This document shows, piece by piece, positions 9,555 through 19,249 of a DNA stretch of 64,000 bases. This DNA comes from Myxococcales bacterium (GTDB lineage: Bacteria > Desulfobacterota > Binatia > HRBIN30): NCBI GenBank assembly GCA_037445065.1, contig JBBILD010000004.1, positions 64,001 through 128,000 on the forward strand, given 5' to 3'. Positions within the stretch are counted from its first letter, which is position 1. Every line of letters begins with the position of its first letter. Below the pieces are notes generated by a model. That model worked only from the letters and a program-made list of their open reading frames with translations. It was not told the origin of the DNA and made no database searches. A program made the position numbers and the translations under genes.

Positions 9555-9769
9555 GAGACGTCTTGAGTCACGTCCTCATCGGTGAGGTATCCGCGGGCTT
9601 CTGCAAAAGGTAGGACCTGACGGCGCAGCTGTTCGAAGCGGAGGAGACTCAGTGAACGGCGCAGGGCTCGCCGCACGAGGTCGCTTTTGGTGCGGCCGGT
9701 TTGACGACAGAGCTGGTCGAGGAGTTTCTCCGTTTCAGGGTCCAAGCGAATGGTGACGACTTTGCGCAT
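9551..9769 (-). CDS. Ribbon-helix-helix (CopG-like) antitoxin
   Basis: VVTIRLDPETEKLLDQLCRQTGRTKSDLVRRAL and C-terminal GYLTDEDV; upstream of and coupled to the PIN toxin. Confidence 0.9.
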   Translation of the reverse strand: MRKVVTIRLDPETEKLLDQLCRQTGRTKSDLVRRALRRSLSLLRFEQLRRQVLPFAEARGYLTDEDVTQDVS

Positions 9770-9810
9770 GGATTACCGCGGACTACGCTCAGGCTCGAGT
9801 CGCAAGTGCC

Positions 9811-9906
9811 GGCGAACCACCGGATTCAGGCGACGGCGGGCCGGCGCGAAGCTGCTGGAAGTCGCGTCGGGAGCTCGCCGGCCGGGCCTCGTGCGGAGCG
9901 TTAGGA
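9811..9906 (+). repeat. Integron attC-like site
   Basis: GGCGAAC-CACCG-GATTCAGG ... CCTCGTG-CGGAGC-GTTAGGA; internal arms CGGCGGGC/GCTCGCCG and CGGCGCGA/TCGCGTCG form a long imperfect hairpin; 96 bp. Confidence 0.7.
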
Positions 9907-10139
9907 AGTCGCCGGCGAACAGTCGTACTTGGTTCAGGTGGAGATGATGCTTCCCTATGTGATCACAGCGACCCTCTGCCTCGCACGGTTCGCAGTTGTG
10001 GCGACAGCGATCTGGGCCCGATCCCGCATTATGGGTCGTGCGGCTGGATATCTAACGAGCCGGATCGTGTCGACGCGGCGGTACACTGGTTGGGACGCGG
10101 GTCTTGTGTTCTGCTCTTTGTCGGACTCGTTGTCGCGTT

Positions 10140-10772
10140 CGCGGGATACGCAATTGCCAGTCCTCCTTGGGAACCTTCCTCCCCTTACGCTTCTGATCCA
10201 TGCGCCGAAGATCGTCGTCGCTCGGCTTCTCGATTCCCGCTTCTTTGGCGAGCTTCAAGAGGTACTGCCGCCAGGTCTTCTGCGAGACCTTGTGCACCAT
10301 GGATTCCATCGCCGCATTTGCCTCGAGCATCGTGGAGTCCACGGGCAGGGTCTTTCCCCGCAGGATGTCCTCCGCCCCCGGCGTGATCTCCAGCACCATC
10401 TGAAACCCTTGCACGAACACCGTCAGGGGCAGACGTCCCCGGACGTAGGTCCTGCCCGAGTGATCTGGAGCATCGCGGGCAGTTGCCAGTCCCAGAAACT
10501 CTCGCGCCGACAGGCTCTCTGAACTCTTCCATGCGATCGCCCTCTGGGGACGACAGCCCTGCGAAGAAGCCCACGAACAGCATGCGAAAATATACACCCG
10601 ACGGGATACCCGGTCGGCCGAGATCGTCGGCATCGTACGGCTCACACAGGGCCTCGATCCGGCGGTCAACGTCCGCATCGGCCAGAAGCACGTTCCGCTT
10701 GCTGTAAAACACGTGCGCACGGGATGGTGGCAGATCTTTCGCCCCCACGAACAACTCGGTCTGCCACAACAT
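10140..10772 (-). pseudogene. IS1182-like (DUF772-type) transposase remnant, frameshifted and truncated
   Basis: One frame gives HVFYSKRN...GRPGIPSGVYFRMLFVGFF. After a shift near 10550 another frame gives RAIAWKSSESLSAREFLGL...PDHS...VDSTMLEANAAM...DDLRRMDQKRKGRK. The DDE C-terminal half is missing. Confidence 0.8.
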
Positions 10773-10887
10773 CCGGGCGGTGGGTGAGGTGTTGTAACAG
10801 GCTGGCCGGGCACTCGGTGCGGAACGTGCCTGACGAACGGCAAGAGAGTCTTGCCGCTGTGCCTGAGTGAGAGTAAGCGAACCGCCG

Positions 10888-12666
10888 ATGTCGTGGCGCT
10901 TGTTCTGGGATGACGTGCGCAAGCTGGGCCCGTTCCTCCGCTTTGGTTCCGCACTGCGGCGTTGCGGGCCGGATGGCAGGGAAACGCTCGGCACGTTGGC
11001 GCGAGAGCAAGCTGCGCGCCTGGGAGAGAAGCCGTTTTTGCACTTCGAGCGCGAGACGGTGAGCTTTGCCGGCTACAACGCGCAGGTAAACTGCTGGACC
11101 TCGGTGCTGCGCACCGCAGGTGTGCTGCAACACGAGCCGGTGGCCATCATGATGGAAAACAGCCCTGCCTTCCTTTTTGCGCAGGGCGCCGCCGCCAAGC
11201 GCGGTGCGATCGCGGCGCTCATCAACACGCATTTGCGCGGCCAGCCGCTCGAACACGTATTGCGCGCCTCCGGGGCTCGGCATGTGCTGACCGACGAGGC
11301 GTGCCTGCCGGCGCTGGTCGAACTGCCCGGAGCCGCCGCCTTCACGGTGTGGTCCTTGGGCGACCCTGCCACACTGCCCCCGCATGTCGAGCCGCTCGAG
11401 CAGGCGGTAGCACAAGCCGAAGAGAAGGAACCGGATCTTCCCGATGTGCGCGGCCGTGATGTGTTCTTGTACATTTACACGTCTGGCACCACTGGTCTGC
11501 CGAAAGCAGCGATTATTCGTCACGCTCGATTCATGCTCGCGGGGCTGGGCCTCTCGGCGTTGTTGGGCTTGCGGGCGGACGACGTGATTTACGCACCGCT
11601 GCCCCTGTACCACGGCGAGAGCAACTTTGTTGGCTTCAGCGTGGCTGCCCGCTTGGGTGGCGGGTTTGCCTCGCGCCGGCGTTTTAGCGCTAGCGCCTTT
11701 CTTGCCGACGTGCGCCGGCACGGGGCCACCGCCTTTGTATATGTGGGTGAGCTGTGCCGGTACCTCTTGCGCCAGCCGCCCACGCCGCAGGATCGCGAGC
11801 ACCGCTTGCGCTTGGCAGTGGGAGCAGGGCTGCGGGCCGACATTTGGGTCCAGTTCCAGGAGCGGTTCGGAATCCAGCGGATCGTGGAGATGTACGGCGC
11901 CACCGAAGGAAACATCAGCCTCATCAATCTGGAGGGGAAAGTCGGTTCGGTGGGGCGCGCCCACCCGTTTCAGCACCACAACCTCAAGCTGGCCCGTTAC
12001 GATGTGGTGCAAGGCGACCTGGTGCGGCAGCCCAGCGGGCGACTGATCGAATGCGAAGTAGGCGAGGTGGGCGAGTTGCTCGGGCGGATTTCCAAGCGGA
12101 ATATGATGCCGTACGATGGCTACACCGACCGCGAGGCGACCGCCAAAAAAATCGTGCGCAACGCCTTTGCCACGGGCGATGCTTGGTTTCGTAGCGGCGA
12201 CCTGCTGCGCCGCGACGAGGATTATTTCTACTACTTCGTTGATCGGGTGGGCGATACCTTTCGCTGGAAGGGGGAGAACGTTTCGACCCAGGAAGTTTCG
12301 ATGGTGCTGGATCGCACGCCCGGGGTGAGCGAGTCCAACGTGTACGGTGTTCCGATTCCGGGGCGTGAAGGCCGTGCCGGCATGGCGGCGTTGGTTCTGT
12401 ATCCGGGCGCGGAGTTCGACGGGCGGGAGTTGTACCGCGTGGCGGAGGAGCTGCCGACGTACGCGCGTCCGCTGTTCGTGCGGATCGTGGCGGAGATGGA
12501 TGTCACCGGTACTCTCAAACAGCGCAAGCTCGAACTGCAGCGCCAAGGCTACGATCCGAGCGCCATTTCGGATCCTCTGTACGTGCGCGACGATGAAGCC
12601 CGTGCTTACGTGCCGCTGACGCCCGAGACCTACCGCCAGATCGTGGCTGGCGAGCGCAAACTCTAA
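10888..12666 (+). CDS. Long-chain acyl-CoA synthetase (FATP/FACL type)
   Basis: YIYTSGTTGLPKAA, YGATEGN, WFRSGDLL, DRVGDTFRWKGENVST. Confidence 0.93.
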   Translation: MSWRLFWDDVRKLGPFLRFGSALRRCGPDGRETLGTLAREQAARLGEKPFLHFERETVSFAGYNAQVNCWTSVLRTAGVLQHEPVAIMMENSPAFLFAQGAAAKRGAIAALINTHLRGQPLEHVLRASGARHVLTDEACLPALVELPGAAAFTVWSLGDPATLPPHVEPLEQAVAQAEEKEPDLPDVRGRDVFLYIYTSGTTGLPKAAIIRHARFMLAGLGLSALLGLRADDVIYAPLPLYHGESNFVGFSVAARLGGGFASRRRFSASAFLADVRRHGATAFVYVGELCRYLLRQPPTPQDREHRLRLAVGAGLRADIWVQFQERFGIQRIVEMYGATEGNISLINLEGKVGSVGRAHPFQHHNLKLARYDVVQGDLVRQPSGRLIECEVGEVGELLGRISKRNMMPYDGYTDREATAKKIVRNAFATGDAWFRSGDLLRRDEDYFYYFVDRVGDTFRWKGENVSTQEVSMVLDRTPGVSESNVYGVPIPGREGRAGMAALVLYPGAEFDGRELYRVAEELPTYARPLFVRIVAEMDVTGTLKQRKLELQRQGYDPSAISDPLYVRDDEARAYVPLTPETYRQIVAGERKL

Positions 12667-12785
12667 AGCGTGCCCGCGCCACCTTGCCGATCTGCGCCGG
12701 ATACGGGCGGCTTGCATCTGGGTTCTCCCGGAGCATTGCCCGCACGGAGTCCACGGGCTAGCGTGGCGCAAGCGGAGGACTGGCT

Positions 12786-13061
12786 ATGAAGGTCATTTTG
12801 GGTGCCCTCATTGCGATGTGCCTGCTCGTAACCCCGCTCGACGTGCGCGCCGAGGAAGGGGGTGCGGGCCAACCGGTAGTGCCCGCGCAAGAGAGTGGCG
12901 CAACTGGGGCTGAGAACATGCAAGGTTGCATGCCGGGTGGCGGTTGCTGCGGGGCGTGCCAGGCCGTGCAAGCAGAAGCCAAAAAGGCTGAGGGAGAGGC
13001 GCAGCCGGCTCAGGCGGTGGGCGGTTGCCCGTGCGGGCGAAAGCAAGAAAAAACCATGTGA
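12786..13061 (+). CDS. Small secreted Cys-cluster protein
   Basis: GGAGG RBS; signal peptide MKVILGALIAMCLLVTPLDVRA; GCMPGGGCCGAC and GGCPCG motifs. Confidence 0.7.
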   Translation: MKVILGALIAMCLLVTPLDVRAEEGGAGQPVVPAQESGATGAENMQGCMPGGGCCGACQAVQAEAKKAEGEAQPAQAVGGCPCGRKQEKTM

Positions 13062-13077
13062 CACTGCTGGCAGTGGT

Positions 13078-14133
13078 TCACCACGGGCGCGGCAAGAAGC
13101 GCTCCCAGGGTTGCGGCGTGGATCGCGGCGCCGTGACCGTGGCCGGCGCCGGCAGGGCGTGAACGCGGAGTGTGCCACCCGCGCTCTCTGTGCTCGGCAG
13201 CTCGAACGCGGGGAGCACGAGCGAAGGTTCGACCAAATCGGAAAAGCGTTTGATCTGCCAGAAACGCAGCCACCACTCGTCTGCGCTCCACAACCCGCGC
13301 GGCTCGGCTGCGGTACGGAAGATAGAAAAGAGTGGAACGACATCCCCCGCCCAAACTGCAGGCTGGCGGGGTAGGCGCACCAACGCGGCAAGCGTTCCGG
13401 GGGTCGGGCCCCTGGCCTCCGCGAGGATCAACGACCCGTCGCCGAAGAGGTCAATGGCCATGGGGAACGTCGCCACCGGCTTGCCTGCCGAGAAATCTAC
13501 CCACTGCCAGTTCGTGACTTGCCGTAGGACTTCCGCGGCATAGCCTGGCCGCTCTCGCTGCAAGGCAAAGTCGAACTCGGCACGCGAGGCAACCACACGC
13601 GCCTGGGGGAACGAGGTCAAGTAGCCGGTGCGAACCGCTCGAAGGTTGGTCTGCACGATCCACCGTACTGCTTGGGGGCGAATTCCTGCTTTTTGCAACT
13701 GCTGGAGGAGCGGCTCCGCAACACTCACGCGGATCGGCGGGGCTTCGAGCAAAGGCAGCACTTGCGGCCAGATTCGTTCTTGCGGCGTGGCCTCGCTCAC
13801 GCCACTGTCCAGCAAAATCACGCCCTCGCGGGGATGCTGCAGCGCGAGCACCACAGCGGCAAGCGCCCGCGAGCGGGTGATGTGGCCCCCGTGCACCACC
13901 AGAGCCTCGGGGACCTCGAGGTGTGCGGTGACGAATGCGTGCGCGTGTAGCCCGGGGACCCCACGGTACGGTTGCGGCCAGTTATGCAGGGTGGGGGGGA
14001 TGTACGGTAAGCGGCGCGGCGGTGGTTCGCAGGCGGCAGCACTGCAGAGGGCGAGGAGCAGGCCGGCACAACAGGACGCGCGAACCCGCTGATCTAGGTT
14101 CCAGCCCCGTTGCTGCCAGCCGCGCGCAGACAT
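13078..14133 (-). CDS. Metallo-beta-lactamase-fold (AHL-lactonase-like) lipoprotein with degenerate metal site
   Basis: ILLDSG, WIVQTNLRAVRTG, DLFGDGSL, GPTPG and WAGDV map onto the lactonase-type MBL scaffold; lipobox-like SAAAC. Confidence 0.75.
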   Translation of the reverse strand: MSARGWQQRGWNLDQRVRASCCAGLLLALCSAAACEPPPRRLPYIPPTLHNWPQPYRGVPGLHAHAFVTAHLEVPEALVVHGGHITRSRALAAVVLALQHPREGVILLDSGVSEATPQERIWPQVLPLLEAPPIRVSVAEPLLQQLQKAGIRPQAVRWIVQTNLRAVRTGYLTSFPQARVVASRAEFDFALQRERPGYAAEVLRQVTNWQWVDFSAGKPVATFPMAIDLFGDGSLILAEARGPTPGTLAALVRLPRQPAVWAGDVVPLFSIFRTAAEPRGLWSADEWWLRFWQIKRFSDLVEPSLVLPAFELPSTESAGGTLRVHALPAPATVTAPRSTPQPWERFLPRPW

Positions 14134-14139
14134 GCGCGA

Positions 14140-14826
14140 TCAAACGGCCCCTGATTTCGAGGCGTGGGGTTGTGCGCGTAGCGGCCGTAGCCATTCTTCG
14201 AAACGGTCCGCGGTGAGCTGGTCGAGATGGGCCAGGAACGCCACGTTTGGCGGGAACGAGCACAACCGTGTGAACTCGTTCGGAATCGCGACCACTGCCA
14301 AGCCATTGGCGCGTGCGGCTCGCACACCGCGCGGTGAGTCCTCGACCACCAGCACCTCCGCCGGCGCAAGCCCGAGTCGCTCGAGTGCCACGCGATACGC
14401 GTCCGGTGCAGGTTTGGCACGCGGGTAATCCTCCCGTGCCACCAGTGCAGAGAAAAACGGGCGCAGCTCGAATCGTTCGACGATGTAGTCTACGTCCTCG
14501 CGAGCGGAATTGGTCGCCAAGCCGAGCTTGGCCACGGCTGCGAGTCCTTCGAGCGCCTTGCGCGCACCCGGCATGAGTCGGGCCTCGCGCAGGAGCAGCT
14601 CGCGGTAAAGCGGAGCCTTGGCGGCACGTAGCTCCGCGGGCGAAAGCGGCAAGCGGTAGCGCTCGACGGCGTATTCGGGCCCGTGTCCGGCGCAAATCCA
14701 GTGTTCGGCGTACTCTTGGCGGCCAACGCTCACGCCGTAGCGAGCGAGCACGGTGTTGTATGCCCGGTAGTGGAGTGCTTCCGAATCGAGCAAGACACCG
14801 TCGAGGTCGAAGACAACGCCGGGCAT
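14140..14826 (-). CDS. HAD-family phosphatase (beta-PGM/CbbY-like)
   Basis: FDLDGVLLDSE, ATNS, KPAPDAY, VVEDSPRG. Confidence 0.92.
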   Translation of the reverse strand: MPGVVFDLDGVLLDSEALHYRAYNTVLARYGVSVGRQEYAEHWICAGHGPEYAVERYRLPLSPAELRAAKAPLYRELLLREARLMPGARKALEGLAAVAKLGLATNSAREDVDYIVERFELRPFFSALVAREDYPRAKPAPDAYRVALERLGLAPAEVLVVEDSPRGVRAARANGLAVVAIPNEFTRLCSFPPNVAFLAHLDQLTADRFEEWLRPLRAQPHASKSGAV

Positions 14827-14845
14827 AGCGTGCGACCGTGCTGCG

Positions 14846-15424
14846 CTAGCGCTCGACCACGCGCACGGATTCGATCACAACGGCTTCTTTGGGCACCGCT
14901 TCGTGCATGCCCACGCGCTGGGTGGGGACCTGGGCAATCTTCAACACGACGTCCATTCCGTCCACCACTTTGCCGAACACCGCGTAGCCGTAGCCCTGCG
15001 GGGTTTCGTCGCGATGATCGAGAAACGCGTTGTCCACGACGTTGATGAAAAATTGCGAGGTGGCACTGTCCACCACCGCAGTCCGGGCCATCGCGATAGT
15101 GCCTTTGAGATTCTTGAGTCCGTTTTTCGCTTCGTTGCGCACCGGCGGTTTGGTGGGTTTCGGCTTCAGGTCCTTGTCGTATCCCCCGCCTTGGATCATG
15201 AAATTGGGGATCACGCGATGGAACACGGTACCGTCGTAAAACTTGTCGTTCACGTAGGAGAGAAAATTCTTCACAGTCTCGGGAGCTTGGTCGTCGAACA
15301 GTTCGATCTTGATCTCGCCGAGCGAGGTTTTCATGAGCACCATCGTATGTTTCCCTTCCGCGGCCATTCCACTGGCGGGAAGGACGAGCCATGCAAGCCA
15401 AAACACCCATCGCCACGCAGACAT
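14846..15424 (-). CDS. ppiA: Cyclophilin-type peptidyl-prolyl cis-trans isomerase, exported
   Basis: FYDGTVFHRVIPNFMIQGGG, GTIAMART, SATSQFFIN, GYAVFGKV; signal-like N-terminus from ATG 15424. Confidence 0.9.
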   Translation of the reverse strand: MSAWRWVFWLAWLVLPASGMAAEGKHTMVLMKTSLGEIKIELFDDQAPETVKNFLSYVNDKFYDGTVFHRVIPNFMIQGGGYDKDLKPKPTKPPVRNEAKNGLKNLKGTIAMARTAVVDSATSQFFINVVDNAFLDHRDETPQGYGYAVFGKVVDGMDVVLKIAQVPTQRVGMHEAVPKEAVVIESVRVVER

Positions 15425-15509
15425 CGCGCACTTCCTCCTCTCGAACGGCTGCCGCTCGCACATAGCACGAGACGCGGGGTGAGCAACGCACTGGGGCGGA
15501 GGGAAAGAC

Positions 15510-16463
15510 ATGGCGGAACGGGTGAGTGATCTGGCTGTCGAAGTCCGTGGCCTCACGCGCGTCTTCGACTCCTTCGTGGCGGTGGACCACATTGACCTTT
15601 CCGTAGCGCGTGGCTCGGTTTTTGGTTTCCTCGGACCGAACGGCGCGGGCAAATCCACCACCATCCGCATGTTGTGCGGCATTCTCCAGCCCACCTCAGG
15701 GGAGGGGCGTGTCGGCGGCTTCGACATCGTGCGCGAGAGCGAGCGGCTGAAGAGCCACATCGGCTACATGTCGCAGAAGTTTTCTCTGTACGAGGATCTG
15801 ACGGTTCGAGAAAACCTGGAATTTTTTGCCGGGGTGTATGGTCTGGTTGGTTCGCGCCGGCGGCAGCGCATTTCCTGGGCGCTCGAAATGGCCGGGCTCA
15901 CCGGCCGGGAACAGGCCATGACCCGCGACCTGGCTGCTGGTTGGCGGCAGCGCCTCGCGCTCGGCTGCGCGGTGTTGCACGAGCCCCCGATCTTGTTTCT
16001 GGACGAACCGACTTCCGGTGTGGATCCGCTGTCGCGGCGGCGCTTCTGGGAGATGATCGCCGACTTGGCGGGGCGGGGGGTGACGGTGTTCGTCACCACC
16101 CATTACATGGACGAGGCCGAACACTGCGACCAGCTCGCGCTCATCTTCGCAGGCCGCGTGGTGGCCTGCGGTAGCCCGGCGGAACTCAAGCGCGAGCATG
16201 TGCCGCACGCCATGCTGGAAGTGGCCGTAGAGCCGCTTATGCCAGCGTATGCGCTGCTCAAAGAGGTTCCCGGCGTGCTCGGGGTGGCACTCTTCGGGGA
16301 TCGCCTCCATGTCACGGTCCCCGACCGCACGTTGATGCAGGCGGAACTCAGGCGGGTGCTGGCGGCGCAGCATTTCACGGTACAGAGCATCGAGCCCATC
16401 GAACCAGCTCTGGAAGATGCCTTCGTGGCCATTATCGAAGCGCGCAGCGAGGCTCCGGCATGA
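15510..16463 (+). CDS. ABC-2 type transporter ATP-binding protein (YbhF-like)
   Basis: Walker A GPNGAGKST, LFLDEPTSGVDP, TTHYMDEAE. Confidence 0.93.
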   Translation: MAERVSDLAVEVRGLTRVFDSFVAVDHIDLSVARGSVFGFLGPNGAGKSTTIRMLCGILQPTSGEGRVGGFDIVRESERLKSHIGYMSQKFSLYEDLTVRENLEFFAGVYGLVGSRRRQRISWALEMAGLTGREQAMTRDLAAGWRQRLALGCAVLHEPPILFLDEPTSGVDPLSRRRFWEMIADLAGRGVTVFVTTHYMDEAEHCDQLALIFAGRVVACGSPAELKREHVPHAMLEVAVEPLMPAYALLKEVPGVLGVALFGDRLHVTVPDRTLMQAELRRVLAAQHFTVQSIEPIEPALEDAFVAIIEARSEAPA

Positions 16464-17608
16464 GTGCCTCCCCCCGCAGACGAGTTTCCTGGCGTACCAT
16501 CCGTGCCATCTTGCGGCGCGAGTTCACGGACGTGCTGCGCGACCGGCGCAGTTTGCTGCTCACCTTCTTGTGGCCCATCAGCATGCTTCTCCTGTACGGG
16601 TACGGGATCCGGTACGACGTCAACAACGTCCCCTTGACGGTGCTCGATTACGACCGCAGCGCGGAGAGCCGCTTGCTGGTCGAGCAAATGGTGAGTTCTG
16701 GCTACTTTCGCCTGGTTCGCGCCGTGTCTAGCTATGAGGAGCTTGAACGCGACCTGGTGACCGACGCCAGCCGTGCCGCGGTGGTGATCCCGAGCGATTT
16801 TTCGCGGCGCTTGCGCGCGCGGGAACCGGTAGCCGTGCAGACCCTTGTGGATGGTTCGGACGCGAACACGGCCACCATCGCGCAGAGCTACGTACTAGCC
16901 ATCGTCGGGGGGTTTTCCGCGGGGGTACAAGTAGAAGGCCGGAGGCTCGGAGAAGCCGGACCGCCGATCTCGGTGCGCAGTCGAGTCTGGTACAACCCGG
17001 AACTGGAGAGTGTGAACTTCATCGTTCCGGGCATCATCGCCGTCATCATGATGATCGTGGGCGCGATTCTCACCGCCCTCAGCATCGTGAAAGAAAAGGA
17101 GCGCGGCACGATCGAGCAAATCCTGGTCTCACCCATCCGACCGCTCGAGATGATGATTGGCAAGATCGTTCCCTATGTGATCATCGCGCTGCTGGATCTG
17201 ATGGTCGTGGTGGCGGCGGGGTACGTGATTTTTGGCGTGCCGATTCGCGGCAGTTTACTCCATTTGGGTCTGCTCGCCGTGCTCTACTTGACTGCAGCGC
17301 TCGGCACCGGGGTGTTCGTTTCCACGCTGGCCGACACGATGCAGTCGGCCATGCTGGCCGCCATCTTCATTTCGCTATTGCCTTCGATCCTGCTTTCCGG
17401 CTTCGTGTTTCCCCTCGAGCACATGCCGGTGGGCATTCGCTTCCTGTCGTATTTCTTTCCCGGCCGCTACTTCGTGACGGCCATTCGCGGCGTGTACCTG
17501 AAGGGGGTGGGCTTGGAAGTGCTGTGGCCGGAAGCAGTGATGCTGGCGTTGTTCTCTGCCGGCATCGTGTGGGTGAGTGCGTGGCGGTTCCAGGAAAAGC
17601 TCGGATGA
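16460..17608 (+). CDS. ABC-2 type transporter permease (YbhS-like)
   Basis: VDGSDANTA, WYNPEL, IVKEKERGTIEQILVSP, LSGFVFP; ATGA overlap with ATPase gene. Confidence 0.92.
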   Translation: MSASPRRRVSWRTIRAILRREFTDVLRDRRSLLLTFLWPISMLLLYGYGIRYDVNNVPLTVLDYDRSAESRLLVEQMVSSGYFRLVRAVSSYEELERDLVTDASRAAVVIPSDFSRRLRAREPVAVQTLVDGSDANTATIAQSYVLAIVGGFSAGVQVEGRRLGEAGPPISVRSRVWYNPELESVNFIVPGIIAVIMMIVGAILTALSIVKEKERGTIEQILVSPIRPLEMMIGKIVPYVIIALLDLMVVVAAGYVIFGVPIRGSLLHLGLLAVLYLTAALGTGVFVSTLADTMQSAMLAAIFISLLPSILLSGFVFPLEHMPVGIRFLSYFFPGRYFVTAIRGVYLKGVGLEVLWPEAVMLALFSAGIVWVSAWRFQEKLG

Positions 17609-18741
17609 AAGAGTCTGCACTGCGCATTGCCCATATTGTGTGGAAGGAGCTGCTGCAGATCAGCCGCGACCGGCGCATGTTTTCCCTCGTCCTCATGATG
17701 CCGGTGATCGAGCTGTTCATCTTTGGCTATGTGGTGGCCACGGATATTACCGACATTGCGCTGGCCGTGTGCGACTACGATCGCACCGCACCGAGCCGAG
17801 GCTACGTGGAGCACTTGGTGCGCAGCGGGTACTTTCGCATCGGTGCTGGATGCGAGCAGGTGAGCGACGCGAACCGCTTGTTGGATCGAGGGGTGGTCAA
17901 GCTGGTGCTGATCGTTCCGCCTGACTTCTCGGAACGACTGCGGCGCCAGCAGACGGCGGAGGTGTCGGCTCTGATTGACGGTAGCAACTCCAACATCGCC
18001 ATGATTGCTGCCGCGTATTTGGAACAAATCACGCTCACCGAATCGGTGCGGGTGCGCTTTCCGGATCGCGAGGTGGGTGCGCGCAGCGTGACCCATCCTA
18101 TGGTCTCGGTGGAGCCGAGGGTGTGGTTCAATCCAGAGCTGCGCAGTGTCCGCTACATGGTCCCGGCCATCATTTGCGTCTTGCTGATGGAATCCCTGGT
18201 TGTGCTCACGGCCATTGCCATCGTGCGCGAGAAGGAGCGGGGCACGATGGAGCAGTTGATCGTCACCCCCATCCGACCCGGTGAACTCATCTTGGGCAAA
18301 GCCATCCCCTTCATTGCCATCGGTTACATCAACATGGGGGCGGTCATGCTTGCAGGCCGTTACTGGTTTGGGGTCGAAATGGTTGGCTCGCTGCCCCTTC
18401 TCCTCGCGCTGAGCTTTCTCTTTATTCTCACATGCCTCGGGATGGGACTTCTGGTCTCCTCTTTGTCGAATACGCAGCAGCAGGCGTCCATGCTGGGGCA
18501 ATTCATGCTGCTGCCCAACTTGTTTTTCTCCGGCTTCATTTTCCCGATCTCGAGCATGCCGGAAGCCATTCAGTACCTCACCCACGTGATCCCACTCCGG
18601 TACTACATCACCATCGTGCGCGGGATCTTTCTAAAGAATGCAGGCTGGCCGGAACTGTGGGACGAAAGCGTGATTCTACTCGTGTTCGGCATCGCCATCC
18701 TGACCCTGGCGAGCCTCACCTTCCGCAAGCGCCTGGGCTGA
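17605..18741 (+). CDS. ABC-2 type transporter permease (YbhR-like)
   Basis: IDGSNSNIA, WFNPEL, VREKERGTMEQLIVTP, FSGFIFPISSMP; ATGA overlap. Confidence 0.92.
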   Translation: MKESALRIAHIVWKELLQISRDRRMFSLVLMMPVIELFIFGYVVATDITDIALAVCDYDRTAPSRGYVEHLVRSGYFRIGAGCEQVSDANRLLDRGVVKLVLIVPPDFSERLRRQQTAEVSALIDGSNSNIAMIAAAYLEQITLTESVRVRFPDREVGARSVTHPMVSVEPRVWFNPELRSVRYMVPAIICVLLMESLVVLTAIAIVREKERGTMEQLIVTPIRPGELILGKAIPFIAIGYINMGAVMLAGRYWFGVEMVGSLPLLLALSFLFILTCLGMGLLVSSLSNTQQQASMLGQFMLLPNLFFSGFIFPISSMPEAIQYLTHVIPLRYYITIVRGIFLKNAGWPELWDESVILLVFGIAILTLASLTFRKRLG

Positions 18742-19249
18742 AGCGGAGATCAGTCCGGCTGACAGCTCTCGACCCCCGCCAATCGGAAAGGGCGGCAGCG
18801 GTCTTGCCGGTCGGGCAACGCGGCGCGGACCGGCCTGCGAAAGCGTGGCAAGGCCGAAGGACAGCGTCCGGGCGACTGGGCCGGCGCGCCGCCATCACAG
18901 GCGTGCGTGGGCGCAGCAGGGGGCGATGGTGGAGGCGGTGCAAACCTGGAGGTTCCGCGAGCAGGTCCTTGTCGGCCGTTGCGCGACGGGTGTGCCACGT
19001 ATGTTCGAGGGGCGGATTGCGCCGTTTGCAGCCGGGAAGAGCGAACTGGGGCAGCGCGGCGGTGGAGCTCCGCTCGAGGCTTTGTCCGTTCGTGCCCGGT
19101 GCGGGCGGCATTGGCCACCCCACCGATCCGATGAACCCGGTGGAAGCGCGAACTTGCTGAGACTATAGCCTGTATGGTAGGCGCGCAGATGCTGGCCGTG
19201 GTACCGGGTGCGGCGAATCGGGGCGAGACAACCAACGGGCGGCGTGCAA

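Noticed and set aside
9929..10522. 197-aa plus-strand ORF after the attC-like site
   Set aside because: Most of it is the antisense of the transposase remnant; only the first 35 or so codons could be a cassette gene fragment.
10666..12771. 701-aa minus-strand ORF and many other long antisense ORFs (e.g. 17467-18585, 24113-25609, 29828-31453, 55626-57026)
   Set aside because: They shadow well-supported genes on the other strand or frame. Long stop-free shadow frames are expected at this GC content, and the translations carry no family motifs.
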